NCBI GenBank assembly: GCA_002952755.1
Contig: CP025011.1
Location: 210,001 to 242,000, forward strand
Reading direction: 5' to 3'
Source: Candidatus Saccharimonadota bacterium
Lineage (GTDB): Bacteria; Patescibacteriota; Saccharimonadia; Saccharimonadales; UBA4665
Length of the DNA stretch: 32,000 nt
Within the stretch, counting starts at the first letter, position 1. The number at the start of each line of letters is the position of its first letter. Below, one piece after another: positions 31,525 through 32,000 of this stretch. The notes below the pieces were generated by a model that saw only the letters and a program-made list of their open reading frames with translations, was not told the DNA's origin and did not search any database. Made by a program: the position numbers and the translations under genes.

Positions 31525-32000
31525 ATGCCAACAGAGTTACTGAATCGACCTGCGCCTGAAATCAACTTTGATAATCTCTTCGGTCCTGGATTCACGGCTG
31601 AGATGGACGCTCTTGACAGTCGTGTAACTGGCGAGGTGACTGCTACTGCAGTAGTGCACTCTTTGGGGGAAATTAGCCTGGAAGGCACCGTTTCCCAGGA
31701 AGAGATTGATAACTTTGCAGCGACAGACAGCCTCCTGTCCGATTCAGATCTTGCTTTCCTAGAGGAAGCCGGTATCGCCTCCGCATCGTTTAACGGAACT
31801 TTGGCCGAAGATGAACAGCAGCGCCTAGCTGATATCGACCAAACGATGTCCATGGCAGCTTTCGACTACCTGAATTCCGATGCCGGCCGCCAAGCGCAAG
31901 CAGCACAGCAAGCGGAGCGCCAGCGCCGTATCACTCTAGATCTCATTGAAAAAGACGAGAAGAAAAAGAAAAAACTCCAGCAGAGCGACGTTGACCTCGC
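31525..32000 (+). CDS. partial acidic protein of unknown function (runs off the window)
   Basis: It is absent from the ORF track because it has no stop. From ATG 31525 it reads MPTELLNRPAPEINFDNLFGPGFTAEMDALDSRV...QAERQRRITLDLIEKDEKKKKKLQQSDVDL, open to the window edge. The listed minus ORF 31509..31853 is its antisense shadow. Confidence 0.5.
   Translation, partial: MPTELLNRPAPEINFDNLFGPGFTAEMDALDSRVTGEVTATAVVHSLGEISLEGTVSQEEIDNFAATDSLLSDSDLAFLEEAGIASASFNGTLAEDEQQRLADIDQTMSMAAFDYLNSDAGRQAQAAQQAERQRRITLDLIEKDEKKKKKLQQSDVDL

Noticed and set aside
1-32000. Search for CRISPR arrays, IS elements, integrases or recombinases, rRNA, tmRNA, RNase P or SRP RNA
   Set aside because: I found no regularly spaced direct repeats, no transposase or integrase-like ORF, and no recognisable conserved-RNA signature by eye. 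The only RNA gene I can support is tRNA-Lys.

Overview
The window holds about 36 tightly packed, mostly short genes and one tRNA. I saw no rRNA, CRISPR array, transposase or integrase.

Positions 1-22 kb are mainly minus-strand:
- A partial TolB/PD40 propeller gene, absent from the ORF track because it runs off the window.
- An orphan ~395-aa protein.
- A co-oriented run of nucleotide house-cleaning and salvage genes: Nudix, YdcF-like, YdeN/RBBP9 hydrolase, a HepT-MNT toxin-antitoxin pair, a decayed Nudix, a CDA-fold deaminase, a YfbR-like HD protein, a Ham1/RdgB ITPase, NADAR, YdeI, a DEDDh exonuclease, and a wHTH protein with a catalytically dead Nudix domain.
- An M20 peptidase, a 755-aa phage-tailspike-like beta-helix protein, and a SWIM-like protein.
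- Two methyltransferases, an EamA transporter, a histidine phosphatase and a HAD hydrolase.
- tRNA-Lys(CUU), a DUF5684-like membrane protein, a KAP P-loop NTPase fused to an FtsK-gamma winged helix, and FolD.

Positions 23-32 kb hold a signalling and transport neighbourhood:
- A secreted protein followed by an unlisted 54-aa 2-TM ORF.
- Two stand-alone receiver proteins.
- A MacB/FtsX-type ABC pair.
- An unknown 463-aa protein.
- A multi-TM histidine kinase.
- A partial acidic protein.

The gene content and style suggest a reduced Patescibacteria/Saccharibacteria-like genome. That is inference only.

Most interesting observations:
1. The soluble KAP NTPase-FtsK-gamma fusion.
2. Two paralogous promoter-leader-terminator elements that bracket the ABC operon.
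3. Three copies of a ~50-nt unit beginning with the tRNA-Lys 3' end. These bound two single-gene cassettes.
4. TGnTAnnnT boxes 6-7 nt upstream of many ATG codons, which implies widespread leaderless mRNAs.
5. A lone tailspike-like gene preceded by stacked micro-ORFs.
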